Positions 9,528-17,955 of a stretch of 64,000 bases of DNA are shown in pieces. A program made the translations under genes and the position numbers. How positions within the stretch are numbered: the first letter of the stretch is position 1; every line of letters begins with the position of its first letter. The notes under the pieces were generated by a model, which saw only the letters and a program-made list of their open reading frames with translations, did no database searches and was not told the DNA's origin. The DNA is from Clostridia bacterium. GTDB taxonomy: Bacteria; Bacillota; Clostridia; Oscillospirales; CAG-272. The stretch is taken from assembly GCA_017621085.1 (NCBI GenBank), contig JAGATW010000074.1:4224-68223 (forward strand). Direction: 5' to 3'.

Positions 9528-10121
9528 ATGACACCTATCAAAAGGGAAAAGGACGTTATAAGAAAGGACTGCTCAGAAAAAAGAGATGCCATAGATAAAA
9601 ACACACGCAAGGCTATGGATGAAAAAATTTGCAGTATAGCCACGTCACTTGTAAGCTTTAGACATGCAGATATAATCCTTCTATATGCTCCAATAAAATC
9701 GGAGATAGATGTTATGCCAATTTTTGAGGAGGCTATAAAAAGGGGCAAAAAAGTTGCCTTCCCTCGCTGTAACGTTGAGGAAAGGACAATGAAATTTCAT
9801 TTTGTAGAAAGCTTAGAGGAGCTTTCTGTTTGCGCATATGGCATAAGAGAGCCAAGTGAAAATGCTCCAGTATATGACCCACAAAATGCAAAGGGAAGCG
9901 TTGTTTGCTATGCACCCGGACTTGCCTTTGATGTATATGGCTATCGCCTTGGCTACGGTAAGGGCTATTATGACAAGTTTATGCACATTTATAATGGCTG
10001 TACAATAGGAGTAGCTTATTCCGATTTTATACTTAATTCCTTGCCTAAGGGTCGCTTTGATAAGCATTGTGATGTAATTCTTACGGAAAAGGGCGTTAAG
10101 CCAATTAAAAAGGAAAAATAG
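9528..10121 (+). CDS. 5-formyltetrahydrofolate cyclo-ligase
   Basis: Contains YGIREP ... PGLAFDVYGYRLGYGKGYYDKF, the family signature. I prefer the ATG at 9528 (GAAAAGGGG RBS) over the TTG at 9510. Confidence 0.8.
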   Translation: MTPIKREKDVIRKDCSEKRDAIDKNTRKAMDEKICSIATSLVSFRHADIILLYAPIKSEIDVMPIFEEAIKRGKKVAFPRCNVEERTMKFHFVESLEELSVCAYGIREPSENAPVYDPQNAKGSVVCYAPGLAFDVYGYRLGYGKGYYDKFMHIYNGCTIGVAYSDFILNSLPKGRFDKHCDVILTEKGVKPIKKEK

Positions 10122-10156
10122 GACGTTTAAATATAATCAGCACAAAGGAGATTTTT

Positions 10157-11935
10157 ATGAAAAAAAGATTTATAGCATTAGCTGCTTGTATGTTAATATC
10201 ACTTCTTTTTGTATTTACATCCTGTACAGTAGAGGAAGCAAGCGTTGTTTCCGTATTTGATATGTATGATACAATAGAAAAAATGCTTGACCTTGATAAA
10301 AACAGCTTAAATTCAAAAAATGAATATGTTAACAGTGTAAGATATTTAGACGCATCTGAAAACTTTTTGCTAATCAGTGAAAAAGTCACAGTAGATAATG
10401 TGGAAATGAAAAAGCTTTCCGTAAAAAGCATAAAGACAAATGATGAAATTTATTCTATAACCTTTAACGAAGGGACTATTGAGCCATCTAAAATATATGA
10501 TGTAGAAATAGTGCTTGGCAAGGATGAGTATTCCATTAATGATATAGGCAAGGACTATTTTATAGTTACCACCTTGGAAAATCCTAAGGAAAGCCATTTG
10601 GAAAAAATAATAACTGCTGAAATACACAATGTAAGAAATGAAAAGCTTTGCTCATATAAGGGAAGTCTTAGTAGCTTTGAAAAGGTAAACTATGTTCCAA
10701 AAATTAAAAATATGCATTTTGATGCGACGCTTGAGCAAGAAAGACCCTGCGTTTTCCAGAAGAATGACCATGTTTTCTTTATGAACAAGCTTTACAGACA
10801 CGATGAGGCAGGGCTTGTTCTTGTTACGGAAATAGAAAGCGAAAGACTATTTGATTTAGATATTTCAAGCTTTGACTACATTAACGAAAGATATGTTTCC
10901 GCATCAAGCGATGGCGAGCTTTATGTGTTTGACAAGGAGTTTAATTTTGTAAGACACGATAAGGTTGATATTCCCTTTGGCTATGATTATAAGGTTATAG
11001 GTAATTTAAGCCTTGATAAAATCGTTTATGTTCTTGATAAAAGAGTAAATAAGGACGACCTTGTTGACGGGGAAGATTACGATTTCATTTTTGACGGAGT
11101 TGCATATACACGTGAATTCTATACATACAACTTTGCAACAGGCAACACAGGTGCAATAGACGATATTTTATACAAGGACAGAATAGATATTATTTGTAAG
11201 GACTATATAGATTTCAAGTATAAGGATGAAGGAGTGGAGCTTGGGGCAGAAATTCTTTTAACCACCGACCTTGAAATGATAGACGATAAATACTACGAAA
11301 GAGAATCCATTACCTATACAACCACCGCCTCATTTTATGAGCTTGTAAGAATTGATAATGAAATTTATGGCTGTGGGGCAATCGTACTTGGTAAGCTGTC
11401 AACAGGCAACTATGTTGTTTCCCTCCCATTTGAGATTGGAGTTTTTAGTAAAAACAAGGAAGAAATGGGAAGAATTTCCGGTGAGGTTTTAAAAATAACC
11501 GATAAATACATAGTAACGGATAAGGGAATTTACGACCACGAGCTTAAGGAAAAATACTTGTTTGCTGTAAACGAGGAGCTTTATGGAGCTGTTGGTAATA
11601 CCTTAATTATTCTTTCAACCACTAAGGACAGCGCATTTAATTCGATTAAAACCTACTATTCCTTTGGAGATAATGGCAAGAAGGAAATTATAAGCATGGA
11701 CGGCTATTCCTTTGGTGGAGTTACCTGTTATGATACCTTCTATCGTGTAGAAAAAAGAGTTGACAACAAATACATAACAACCTTCCTTTTTGAAAACGGC
11801 GAGGTAATAGCAGAAATTGAAACAATAACAGCTTATACAGATAACTTGATTTTCTTTACTCAGCTTGATGATGCATTAATCATCACATACGAAAAGGATA
11901 ACGAATACCAATACGTTTACGCATACGTTAAATAA
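10157..11935 (+). CDS. hypothetical lipoprotein (592 aa)
   Basis: Signal peptide plus lipobox (LLFVFTSC), AAAGGAG RBS, no recognisable domain. Confidence 0.6.
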   Translation: MKKRFIALAACMLISLLFVFTSCTVEEASVVSVFDMYDTIEKMLDLDKNSLNSKNEYVNSVRYLDASENFLLISEKVTVDNVEMKKLSVKSIKTNDEIYSITFNEGTIEPSKIYDVEIVLGKDEYSINDIGKDYFIVTTLENPKESHLEKIITAEIHNVRNEKLCSYKGSLSSFEKVNYVPKIKNMHFDATLEQERPCVFQKNDHVFFMNKLYRHDEAGLVLVTEIESERLFDLDISSFDYINERYVSASSDGELYVFDKEFNFVRHDKVDIPFGYDYKVIGNLSLDKIVYVLDKRVNKDDLVDGEDYDFIFDGVAYTREFYTYNFATGNTGAIDDILYKDRIDIICKDYIDFKYKDEGVELGAEILLTTDLEMIDDKYYERESITYTTTASFYELVRIDNEIYGCGAIVLGKLSTGNYVVSLPFEIGVFSKNKEEMGRISGEVLKITDKYIVTDKGIYDHELKEKYLFAVNEELYGAVGNTLIILSTTKDSAFNSIKTYYSFGDNGKKEIISMDGYSFGGVTCYDTFYRVEKRVDNKYITTFLFENGEVIAEIETITAYTDNLIFFTQLDDALIITYEKDNEYQYVYAYVK

Positions 11936-11957
11936 CTAAAAAAGAACCGACTCGGCT

Positions 11958-11995
11958 TGCCCAACTTCTCATAAGGAAGTTGGGCAGTTTTATTC
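11958..11995 (+). terminator. rho-independent terminator
   Basis: Stem TGCCCAACTTC/GAAGTTGGGCA (11958-11968/11977-11987), then GTTTTATT. Confidence 0.7.
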
Positions 11996-12162
11996 GCCTG
12001 CGGCGAGTGATATTGCTTCGCAGTGCTATTTGGCTTACGCCGAGTGGTATTCGCTTCGCGAGTTTTTGGAGGCGAATAAAATATCACTGTGAGGCGAAGC
12101 CGAACAATATCACTACACGGCGCAGCCGTATAATATCACTCCGACGAAGTCGGAATATCACT
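11994..12162. repeat. mini-hairpin / 9-mer word array 1 (inverted halves)
   Basis: Right half: AATATCACT four times (12080, 12106, 12132, 12154), separated by GNA mini-hairpins GGCGAAGCC, CGGCGCAGCCG and CCGACGAAGTCGG. Left half: the complementary word AGTG(A/C/G)TATT three times (12006, 12022, 12043), separated by the complementary-type hairpins CGCCTGCGGCG, GCTTCGC, GGCTTACGCC and CGCTTCGCG. Confidence 0.75.
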
Positions 12163-12163
12163 C

Positions 12164-12192
12164 TTGTTTTCTCTGCCGATTTGTGTTATAAT
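12164..12192 (+). promoter_or_regulatory. putative sigma-A promoter with extended -10
   Basis: TTGTTT, 17 nt spacer, TGtTATAAT (12184-12192). It directly abuts the last repeat word. Confidence 0.4.
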
Positions 12193-12296
12193 CGGGTTAG
12201 CAAAAAGCCTCCCTCCGAGAGGCACCCTTTAGGGCGTGGGCTTTGCCCAAAGCATTTGTAATACAAAGGCGAAACTGGCGATAAAAGGAGATTCTT

Positions 12297-12668
12297 ATGG
12301 ATTTGATTTTTGAATATGTTACATCGGTTATCAAAATGGATGAAACAGATTATGCAGATAAAAAAAGCGTAAGACAACACAATCGGTTGGCAGATAGGAT
12401 CAGAGCAATAGCATGTGAAATAGATCATATGAATCCAACAATAAAACGGAGTTTCTATGAGCTGTTATCTCATGAAAATGAAACGGTTCGCATTTGGGTT
12501 GCGCACCATATTTTGGAGGTAATGAATTATGATAATATGTGCAGAGGAAAGGCATTAAAAATTATATCATGTGTCGCCGATAAAAATGATGGGATAAACA
12601 GCTTGGGAAACAAAATGTGGCTTGAAAAGTGGCTGCAAGAGCATCCGTTAGATAGAGAGTTATTATAA
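12297..12668 (+). CDS. DUF2019-like helical-repeat protein (immunity-protein-like)
   Basis: 123 aa. The pattern ...HNRLADRIRAIACEI...LLSHENETVRIWVAHHIL...ALKII...GNKMWLEKW fits my memory of DUF2019. AAAGGAG RBS. Confidence 0.5.
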   Translation: MDLIFEYVTSVIKMDETDYADKKSVRQHNRLADRIRAIACEIDHMNPTIKRSFYELLSHENETVRIWVAHHILEVMNYDNMCRGKALKIISCVADKNDGINSLGNKMWLEKWLQEHPLDRELL

Positions 12669-12673
12669 TTTTA

Positions 12674-12716
12674 GAGTAACCCCGACAGACTAAAAATCTG
12701 TCGGGGTTACTCTTTG
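12674..12716 (+). terminator. rho-independent terminator
   Basis: 16 bp perfect stem GAGTAACCCCGACAGA/TCTGTCGGGGTTACTC, followed by TTTG. Confidence 0.75.
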
Positions 12717-12943
12717 CCTTCTGCGGTGTAAATATATCTTAATGAACCGTCGGGGACACCGGTCCCTACAAGAGAAAATAAACTTCCTTATGAGAACTGG
12801 CCTTTCGAACTGCACTTGTTTTGGAAATATTCCGTTTCCGCCCCCGGAACGCAGTTATTTAGACCGCGAGGAATATTTCATAACGGCGCAAATTGGAATC
12901 CAATTTGCCGCTAACTGTGCACACCGTTGAGTCAGTTCTTTTT

Positions 12944-15856
12944 TTATTCGATTGGATTTTCCAAAATGCCCCAGCTAACACAGGAATGATTTGTGATTCC
13001 GTTTACAAGCCATAAAAAGCTCCACTCAGAAGGCTGACCTTCAACCTGACAGTAAATGTTTTTAAGATTATCGCATCCGTCAAATACGGCAGCTCCCATT
13101 GCTGCCACTGCGCTTGGAATATAAATGCTTTCAATAGCTGTTTCGGAAAATGCTTCGTTGCCTATATATTCTGCACCCGAACCAATAACTACGCTTTTTA
13201 AATCAGAGCATTTATCAAAGGCGTATTCTCCGATTTTAATAACTGTTGACGGTATAATTACCTTTTCAAGAATGGTGTTTTCGTAAAATGCATAAGGCAA
13301 GATTTGTGTGATTTCTATATCGTTAACCGATGATGGAACAGTAACCTCTGCTACATCACCGTAATAACCGGCAATACAGAATTCATCCTTTGGACTTTGT
13401 ACCCATAAAAAGCCGTCGTCCGTATACCCGGTTGATTTATAGCCCCAATTTATGCAGTAGTGATGGTCATTACCGTTTGCCGTCCATGCCATGTGCCAGC
13501 CTGTAAGAGCTACATTGTCCATAGGAGGCTGACTGCTTAACTGACAAAAAATATTATTTAAGCTGTTACATCCGTCAAATACAGCAGCTCCCATTGTTGC
13601 CACCGTGCTTGGAATAAAAATGCTTTGGATAGATGTATTAGCAAATGCACGTGTCATAATTATCTCAACCCCTGTGTCTATTTCCACCCTTTTCAAGCTT
13701 GTACAACCATCAAAAGCAGATGTATCAATTTTTTTAATTGTGCCCGGTATAAACACTTCTTCAATGACAGTATTCTCATAAAACGCATAGGGTAAAATTA
13801 TTGTAACAGGCAAGCCCTTGTATTCACTTGGAATTTCCAAACGGGTTGTATTTTTAAAATTACTGCTTGCTGTAACACTGTATGAAGCTTCATCATCATT
13901 TAAAACAAATTTAAATGTACCGTCCTCTTCATATGAATTCTTTCCCGTTATGTCATTTTCCGAATTTACATAAACAAGAGTATGCTTAAGATAAACAGGA
14001 TTTTCCGAGGTGGAATCAACATGCTCATATGTATTCCAATTGCTTGACCAATTTGTTGTATCAACACCGTTTTGGCAGTAAATAATCAGCTTTTCCATAG
14101 AGTTTCCGCTATAACGCTCTGTTCCTGCAATGCTTGAGCCCATATATAAAACGCTATTTGGAATGTACAAATACACAAGGGAAGAGCAGCCACAAAAGGC
14201 AGATGAACCAATGCTTACAACACTGTTTGGAATATTAATGTGCTTAATAGAGCTTTCAAATAAAAATGCAGACTCATCAATATGAGTAATTGTATTTGGA
14301 ATAATAACATTTGTTACACTGTTTGCCTCATCAACCCTTTCAATGTGAGTAACGGGCAAGCCGTTATAGGTGCTTGGAATAATAAGCTCTGTATCGCTTT
14401 TTCCACCACCGTAGTAAACAACGCTGTAAGAAGAATTGTCCTCATTTAGATTGAAGGTGAAATCATTTAAATTAGCCTCGTAATTCTGACAAACGGTACA
14501 TTTTTTGTCAACATAGCTGTGGTCCTTCACCTTTATAAGCTCACCCGGGCTTATAACATAGCTACAAGCAGAGCATACAATTTTGTCACCTAAGCCTGTT
14601 TTTGTGCAGGTGGAATCGTAGCCGGGGGTAATGCTTTCTGTATGAGGAGCAAGCGCTAAATCCTTTTGCTCAGTTAATATTTCATTACATTCGGTACATC
14701 TTACCCCATCGGATTTTCCTGCGGTTGTACAGGTTGAAGCATAGCCTTTAATTGTTTCTTTTATATGCTGTCCGTTTGATTCTATTATTTGTTGCTTTAA
14801 TAAAATAATCTTACAGTAAGAGCATCGCTTACCCTCGGTTAGTCCGTCCCTTAAGCAGGTAGCATCGTATCCCTCTATTATTTCTACTGTATGCTCAATA
14901 AAATCAATTTCCACTTGCCCCTGTAAAATTTTATTACATTCGGAGCATTTAACCCCGTCAGTTTGTCCTTTTTCTACACAAGTAGCTGCTTTTCCTTCAA
15001 TAGCTACACGTGTGTGTGCCTCGGGGTCAACGTCAATTACAGCTTGAGGAGTCAATGCTTTTTTGCAATCAGAGCAGATAACTCCATTTGTTAAGCCTGT
15101 TTTCGTACAGGAGGATGCATAACCGTTAATTATTTGCTCTGTATGATTGTCCTTGTTAATGCTAATAGGCATTTGCTCCTTTAGAATTGTATTACAGTTA
15201 GAGCATTTTATTCCATCGGTAAGACCGCCCTTTGAACAGGTTGACTCATATCCGTTTATAATTACCTCAGAGTGTGGCACAGTGGGAATAGCACGTGACT
15301 CGGTAGCATCGCATTTTTCACAGTATCTTCTTTCTAAGCCTGCCTTATTGCAGCTTGGCTCAATTTCTACCTCGTATGCACCAAAAACACAGATATGGCT
15401 TGTTTTTGAGGAGCTTGTAGGCGGTGTGGATGGCTCATCCCTGTTAAGCGCAAGTGCTAATGCTATTCCAAGAGCAATAGCAATTAAGGAAACGGATAAT
15501 AAAAGACAAATCAAAAAAACATTTTTCTTTTTACCCTTTTCTTCCTTATTTGGAGCTTTAGCATCATTTAAAGATTCATCCCAAGCTTCCTTGTCAACAA
15601 ATTCCTGTGGTTCGTCCTCCTCATTATTAGTAATGACAATAGGCACCTCGGCAATATCTACATTATCATTAAGTAAATCGCTAAGAGATACATTAAATAT
15701 ATCAGATAGCCTTTTTACCTTTTCTATTTCAGGTGTTGTTTGTCCCGTTTCCCATTTATAAATAGCTTGTCTTGAAACATCAAGCTCGTTTGCGAGCTGC
15801 TCTTGGCTAAGACCACGCCTTTTTCTTAATAGCACTATTTTTTCGGATAGCTGCAT
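12944..15856 (-). CDS. membrane-tethered XRE-family HTH protein with extracellular His/Cys-rich repeats and BspA-type leucine-rich repeats
   Basis: 970 aa. N-terminal HTH_3 (LLRKRRGLSQEQLANELDVSRQAIYKWETGQ). One TM helix (VFLICLLLSVSLIAIALGIALALAL). Seven and a half copies of an approximately 43 aa H-x9/10-C-x8/9-C-x2-C repeat. C-terminal repeats of the IP.SV..IG..AF..C..L type (LRR_5/BspA). Confidence 0.8.
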   Translation of the reverse strand: MQLSEKIVLLRKRRGLSQEQLANELDVSRQAIYKWETGQTTPEIEKVKRLSDIFNVSLSDLLNDNVDIAEVPIVITNNEEDEPQEFVDKEAWDESLNDAKAPNKEEKGKKKNVFLICLLLSVSLIAIALGIALALALNRDEPSTPPTSSSKTSHICVFGAYEVEIEPSCNKAGLERRYCEKCDATESRAIPTVPHSEVIINGYESTCSKGGLTDGIKCSNCNTILKEQMPISINKDNHTEQIINGYASSCTKTGLTNGVICSDCKKALTPQAVIDVDPEAHTRVAIEGKAATCVEKGQTDGVKCSECNKILQGQVEIDFIEHTVEIIEGYDATCLRDGLTEGKRCSYCKIILLKQQIIESNGQHIKETIKGYASTCTTAGKSDGVRCTECNEILTEQKDLALAPHTESITPGYDSTCTKTGLGDKIVCSACSYVISPGELIKVKDHSYVDKKCTVCQNYEANLNDFTFNLNEDNSSYSVVYYGGGKSDTELIIPSTYNGLPVTHIERVDEANSVTNVIIPNTITHIDESAFLFESSIKHINIPNSVVSIGSSAFCGCSSLVYLYIPNSVLYMGSSIAGTERYSGNSMEKLIIYCQNGVDTTNWSSNWNTYEHVDSTSENPVYLKHTLVYVNSENDITGKNSYEEDGTFKFVLNDDEASYSVTASSNFKNTTRLEIPSEYKGLPVTIILPYAFYENTVIEEVFIPGTIKKIDTSAFDGCTSLKRVEIDTGVEIIMTRAFANTSIQSIFIPSTVATMGAAVFDGCNSLNNIFCQLSSQPPMDNVALTGWHMAWTANGNDHHYCINWGYKSTGYTDDGFLWVQSPKDEFCIAGYYGDVAEVTVPSSVNDIEITQILPYAFYENTILEKVIIPSTVIKIGEYAFDKCSDLKSVVIGSGAEYIGNEAFSETAIESIYIPSAVAAMGAAVFDGCDNLKNIYCQVEGQPSEWSFLWLVNGITNHSCVSWGILENPIE

Positions 15857-15898
15857 TAAATTTTCCTCCTTGTTTTTTCAACGATTTCGTATGGTCAT

Positions 15899-15927
15899 AT
15901 TCTAACACAGCAAGCCAAATTTGGCAA
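15899..15927 (-). promoter_or_regulatory. putative sigma-A promoter of the HTH-LRR gene
   Basis: Minus strand TTGCCA, 17 nt spacer, TGtTAGAAT. AAGGAGG RBS further downstream. Confidence 0.5.
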
Positions 15928-16025
15928 GAAATAAGAGCTTACATTTTGTTAATTTGAGGTTTACATTTTGTTACCTTTGATAAAAAGTGCTTGAAAATGC
16001 TGGATTTTGCCATTGTTACAAAACA

Positions 16026-16101
16026 AAACACAGGGCTGCCCCTGTGTTTTAAATGCTGCTTGCATATAGGTGTGCCACAATGGGCTTAATCCCATTGTGG
16101 C
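16026..16101 (-). terminator. two tandem hairpin terminators after the heparinase-like gene
   Basis: GTGCCACAATGGG..CCCATTGTGGCAC (16072-16101), and ACACAGGGCTGCCCCTGTGT (16029-16048) followed on the minus strand by TTTGTTTTG. Confidence 0.55.
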
Positions 16102-16110
16102 ACAATAGGT

Positions 16111-17814
16111 TTAGTTCATAAAATCAATGGTTAAGCTGAATTCTGTTAGGTCGCCGTTTAGAGTGTAGTCTATAAGATAGCAAATCTTGTTATAGCTACC
16201 GTTTTCGTCAGGTAATTGGTCAACGTAAGGTTGTTCAACAATATTTAGTGTTGCATCACAGTTGCAGGTTACACGCACATCATCAACATAAACAAAGTTA
16301 CCCTCTATACGTGGCTTATATGTTGTTACAAATCTTTCTGTAATAACTGCAGGCTCTGTAAATGTGAATTTATCAAACAAATCAATACGGTCATCAGCCA
16401 TCTTGAAGGTACGCTCCGCCTTTTCAAGAGTTGTATGAACATTTTTAACGTCATAGCCGTGGGTAAAGTCCATATAAACCGTTTGAGTGTCCTCGTTATA
16501 AACAGCTCTTGCCTTACCGGTCCAGTCACCACCCTGACCCTTTCCGTTAAAGTACGGTAGGTTATGTGAGAATGAGGATGGCTGGAAATATTCGTTTCTG
16601 CGTGAGCCTTGGTAGCCCGGCCAGTTACCGGGACCTATATAGCCAAAGTCGCAGAATACCTGCTTATTATGTCTTGCAAGAATAAATGAGCCTACGTCTT
16701 GATGGTTGTGGCTTTCCCATTGGTTACCACCCTTAAATGCAAAGCCATAATTGTCTGTACGCTTTGTAAAGTAGTTAGTAACAGGGGCAGAATATGTTGC
16801 ATTTTTAAGCTCTGTTCCTACAAAATCAGGGTTAAAGTAAACACAGGAGCGAACAGCAAATGCCCAGTGGTGATAGGTAATAATTGTAGCCTGGTCGCTT
16901 GGTAGATTTTCAATAGCGTCACCATAAACGGTTTTAAGCATATGTGGAAGACCAACCCAATAGCCCTCGTGAATATTAACGTCACTAAACAGAGCAAGAA
17001 CGTTTGGCTGTAAAAACATCTTTTGAACAAATTGAGAAATAGCCTTTACCTTTGGATTTGCAAGCCAGTCATACTCTCCATTTGAAAACTCACGAAGAAG
17101 CATTGCGTAAACTGCAAAAAATCCAAAGCCAAAGCCCCAATAAGCAGTACCCTCAACGCACATTCCGTCATCATCATAGCTATTAAGATAGCATTCCATT
17201 GATGATTGAAGACGTGGAAGCTGACGCATAAACTCCTCCGGGTCCTCGTACATTAAAGCACCACCGACAGCGCCTGTACAAACTGCTGTCCAGTTGTTGT
17301 TGTGTGTTTCCCAAAAGAACTTTCTTGTAAGATAAGGCTCAATTGTGTGACGTCTTATTTCATAAGTCATTCTGTCAACAAGAAGCTTAGGAAATCTATC
17401 CTTAAATAAGTGCTTTATCTCAGCCATTGAAAAGCCAAGGGAAGCACCGTAAATATCAATAAGACCGGGGTCAAAGTCCTTAGGAGTTCTATTATAGTAG
17501 TCATTGTAGTGACCAAGAGGCGCCCAAGTGTATTCGTTACAAATTTCCCAAACGGTTTCAATTAAGCTTCTAAAATACTCATCGTTATCAGGGTAAATTA
17601 ATGATAAAAGAGCAGAGGATTGAAGCTGATTGAAGCTATCAGGCTTACCGGTGTTGGCATTTGGATAATCCAAAACATCCCAAGCGTTTGAAGCTCTCGG
17701 ACGGATTTTAAACACCTTATCGTATTTAGCCTTGATTTCTTTTCTGTGACGGGCAAAAGCCTCGTCATTTCTTACTCGTTCCCATACCTTGGGGTCTTTT
17801 GCAATATCAAACAT
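16111..17814 (-). CDS. heparinase II/III-like (polysaccharide lyase fold) protein
   Basis: 567 aa with no signal peptide. It carries the H-x-H-x-D..SF motif (WESHNHQDVGSFIL) that I associate with the heparinase II/III C-terminal domain. Confidence 0.55.
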   Translation of the reverse strand: MFDIAKDPKVWERVRNDEAFARHRKEIKAKYDKVFKIRPRASNAWDVLDYPNANTGKPDSFNQLQSSALLSLIYPDNDEYFRSLIETVWEICNEYTWAPLGHYNDYYNRTPKDFDPGLIDIYGASLGFSMAEIKHLFKDRFPKLLVDRMTYEIRRHTIEPYLTRKFFWETHNNNWTAVCTGAVGGALMYEDPEEFMRQLPRLQSSMECYLNSYDDDGMCVEGTAYWGFGFGFFAVYAMLLREFSNGEYDWLANPKVKAISQFVQKMFLQPNVLALFSDVNIHEGYWVGLPHMLKTVYGDAIENLPSDQATIITYHHWAFAVRSCVYFNPDFVGTELKNATYSAPVTNYFTKRTDNYGFAFKGGNQWESHNHQDVGSFILARHNKQVFCDFGYIGPGNWPGYQGSRRNEYFQPSSFSHNLPYFNGKGQGGDWTGKARAVYNEDTQTVYMDFTHGYDVKNVHTTLEKAERTFKMADDRIDLFDKFTFTEPAVITERFVTTYKPRIEGNFVYVDDVRVTCNCDATLNIVEQPYVDQLPDENGSYNKICYLIDYTLNGDLTEFSLTIDFMN

Positions 17815-17955
17815 AATTAGTCTCCTTGTGAAAAATTGCTATTTTTATACTATCATAAAAATCCATATTTTTCAATGCTTTTTCAAAAGTTTTATTTACT
17901 TTACGTAAATAATGTGTTATACTTGACTTATAACATTTCCGAAAGGACAAGCATT

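Noticed and set aside
11994-12162. Whether arrays 1 and 2 (the second at 61901-62078) are CRISPR arrays.
   Set aside because: The repeated words are only 8-10 nt long and the intervening 12-17 nt segments are themselves hairpins. The two halves are inverted relative to each other, and no cas genes are present. None of this fits CRISPR repeat-spacer geometry.
11980-12261. A 93 aa ORF spanning repeat array 1.
   Set aside because: The frame exists only because the repeat array lacks stops. The product is Arg/Ser-rich and periodic (mirroring the DNA repeats), and there is no RBS.
12742-12930. A 62 aa ORF, or a guanidine/ykkC-like riboswitch, in the GC-rich spacer.
   Set aside because: The ORF has no RBS and an implausible composition. 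The resemblance to ykkC (GGTCC..AGAG, CCCCGGAAC) is only partial, and no downstream gene exists on either strand for a riboswitch to control. The region is kept only as a low-interest unassigned segment.
15147-15761. A 204 aa plus-strand ORF opposite the HTH-LRR gene.
   Set aside because: It lies antisense to a 970 aa ORF that has clear HTH, TM and repeat structure. Its translation is Ser/Leu-rich and featureless.
17836-17955. The 40-codon N-terminal extension of the GH95-like ORF given in the ORF track.
   Set aside because: The extension is AT-rich, promoter-like sequence encoding an F/Y/L/N-rich peptide. A GAAAGGA RBS precedes the ATG at 17956, where family-like sequence begins.
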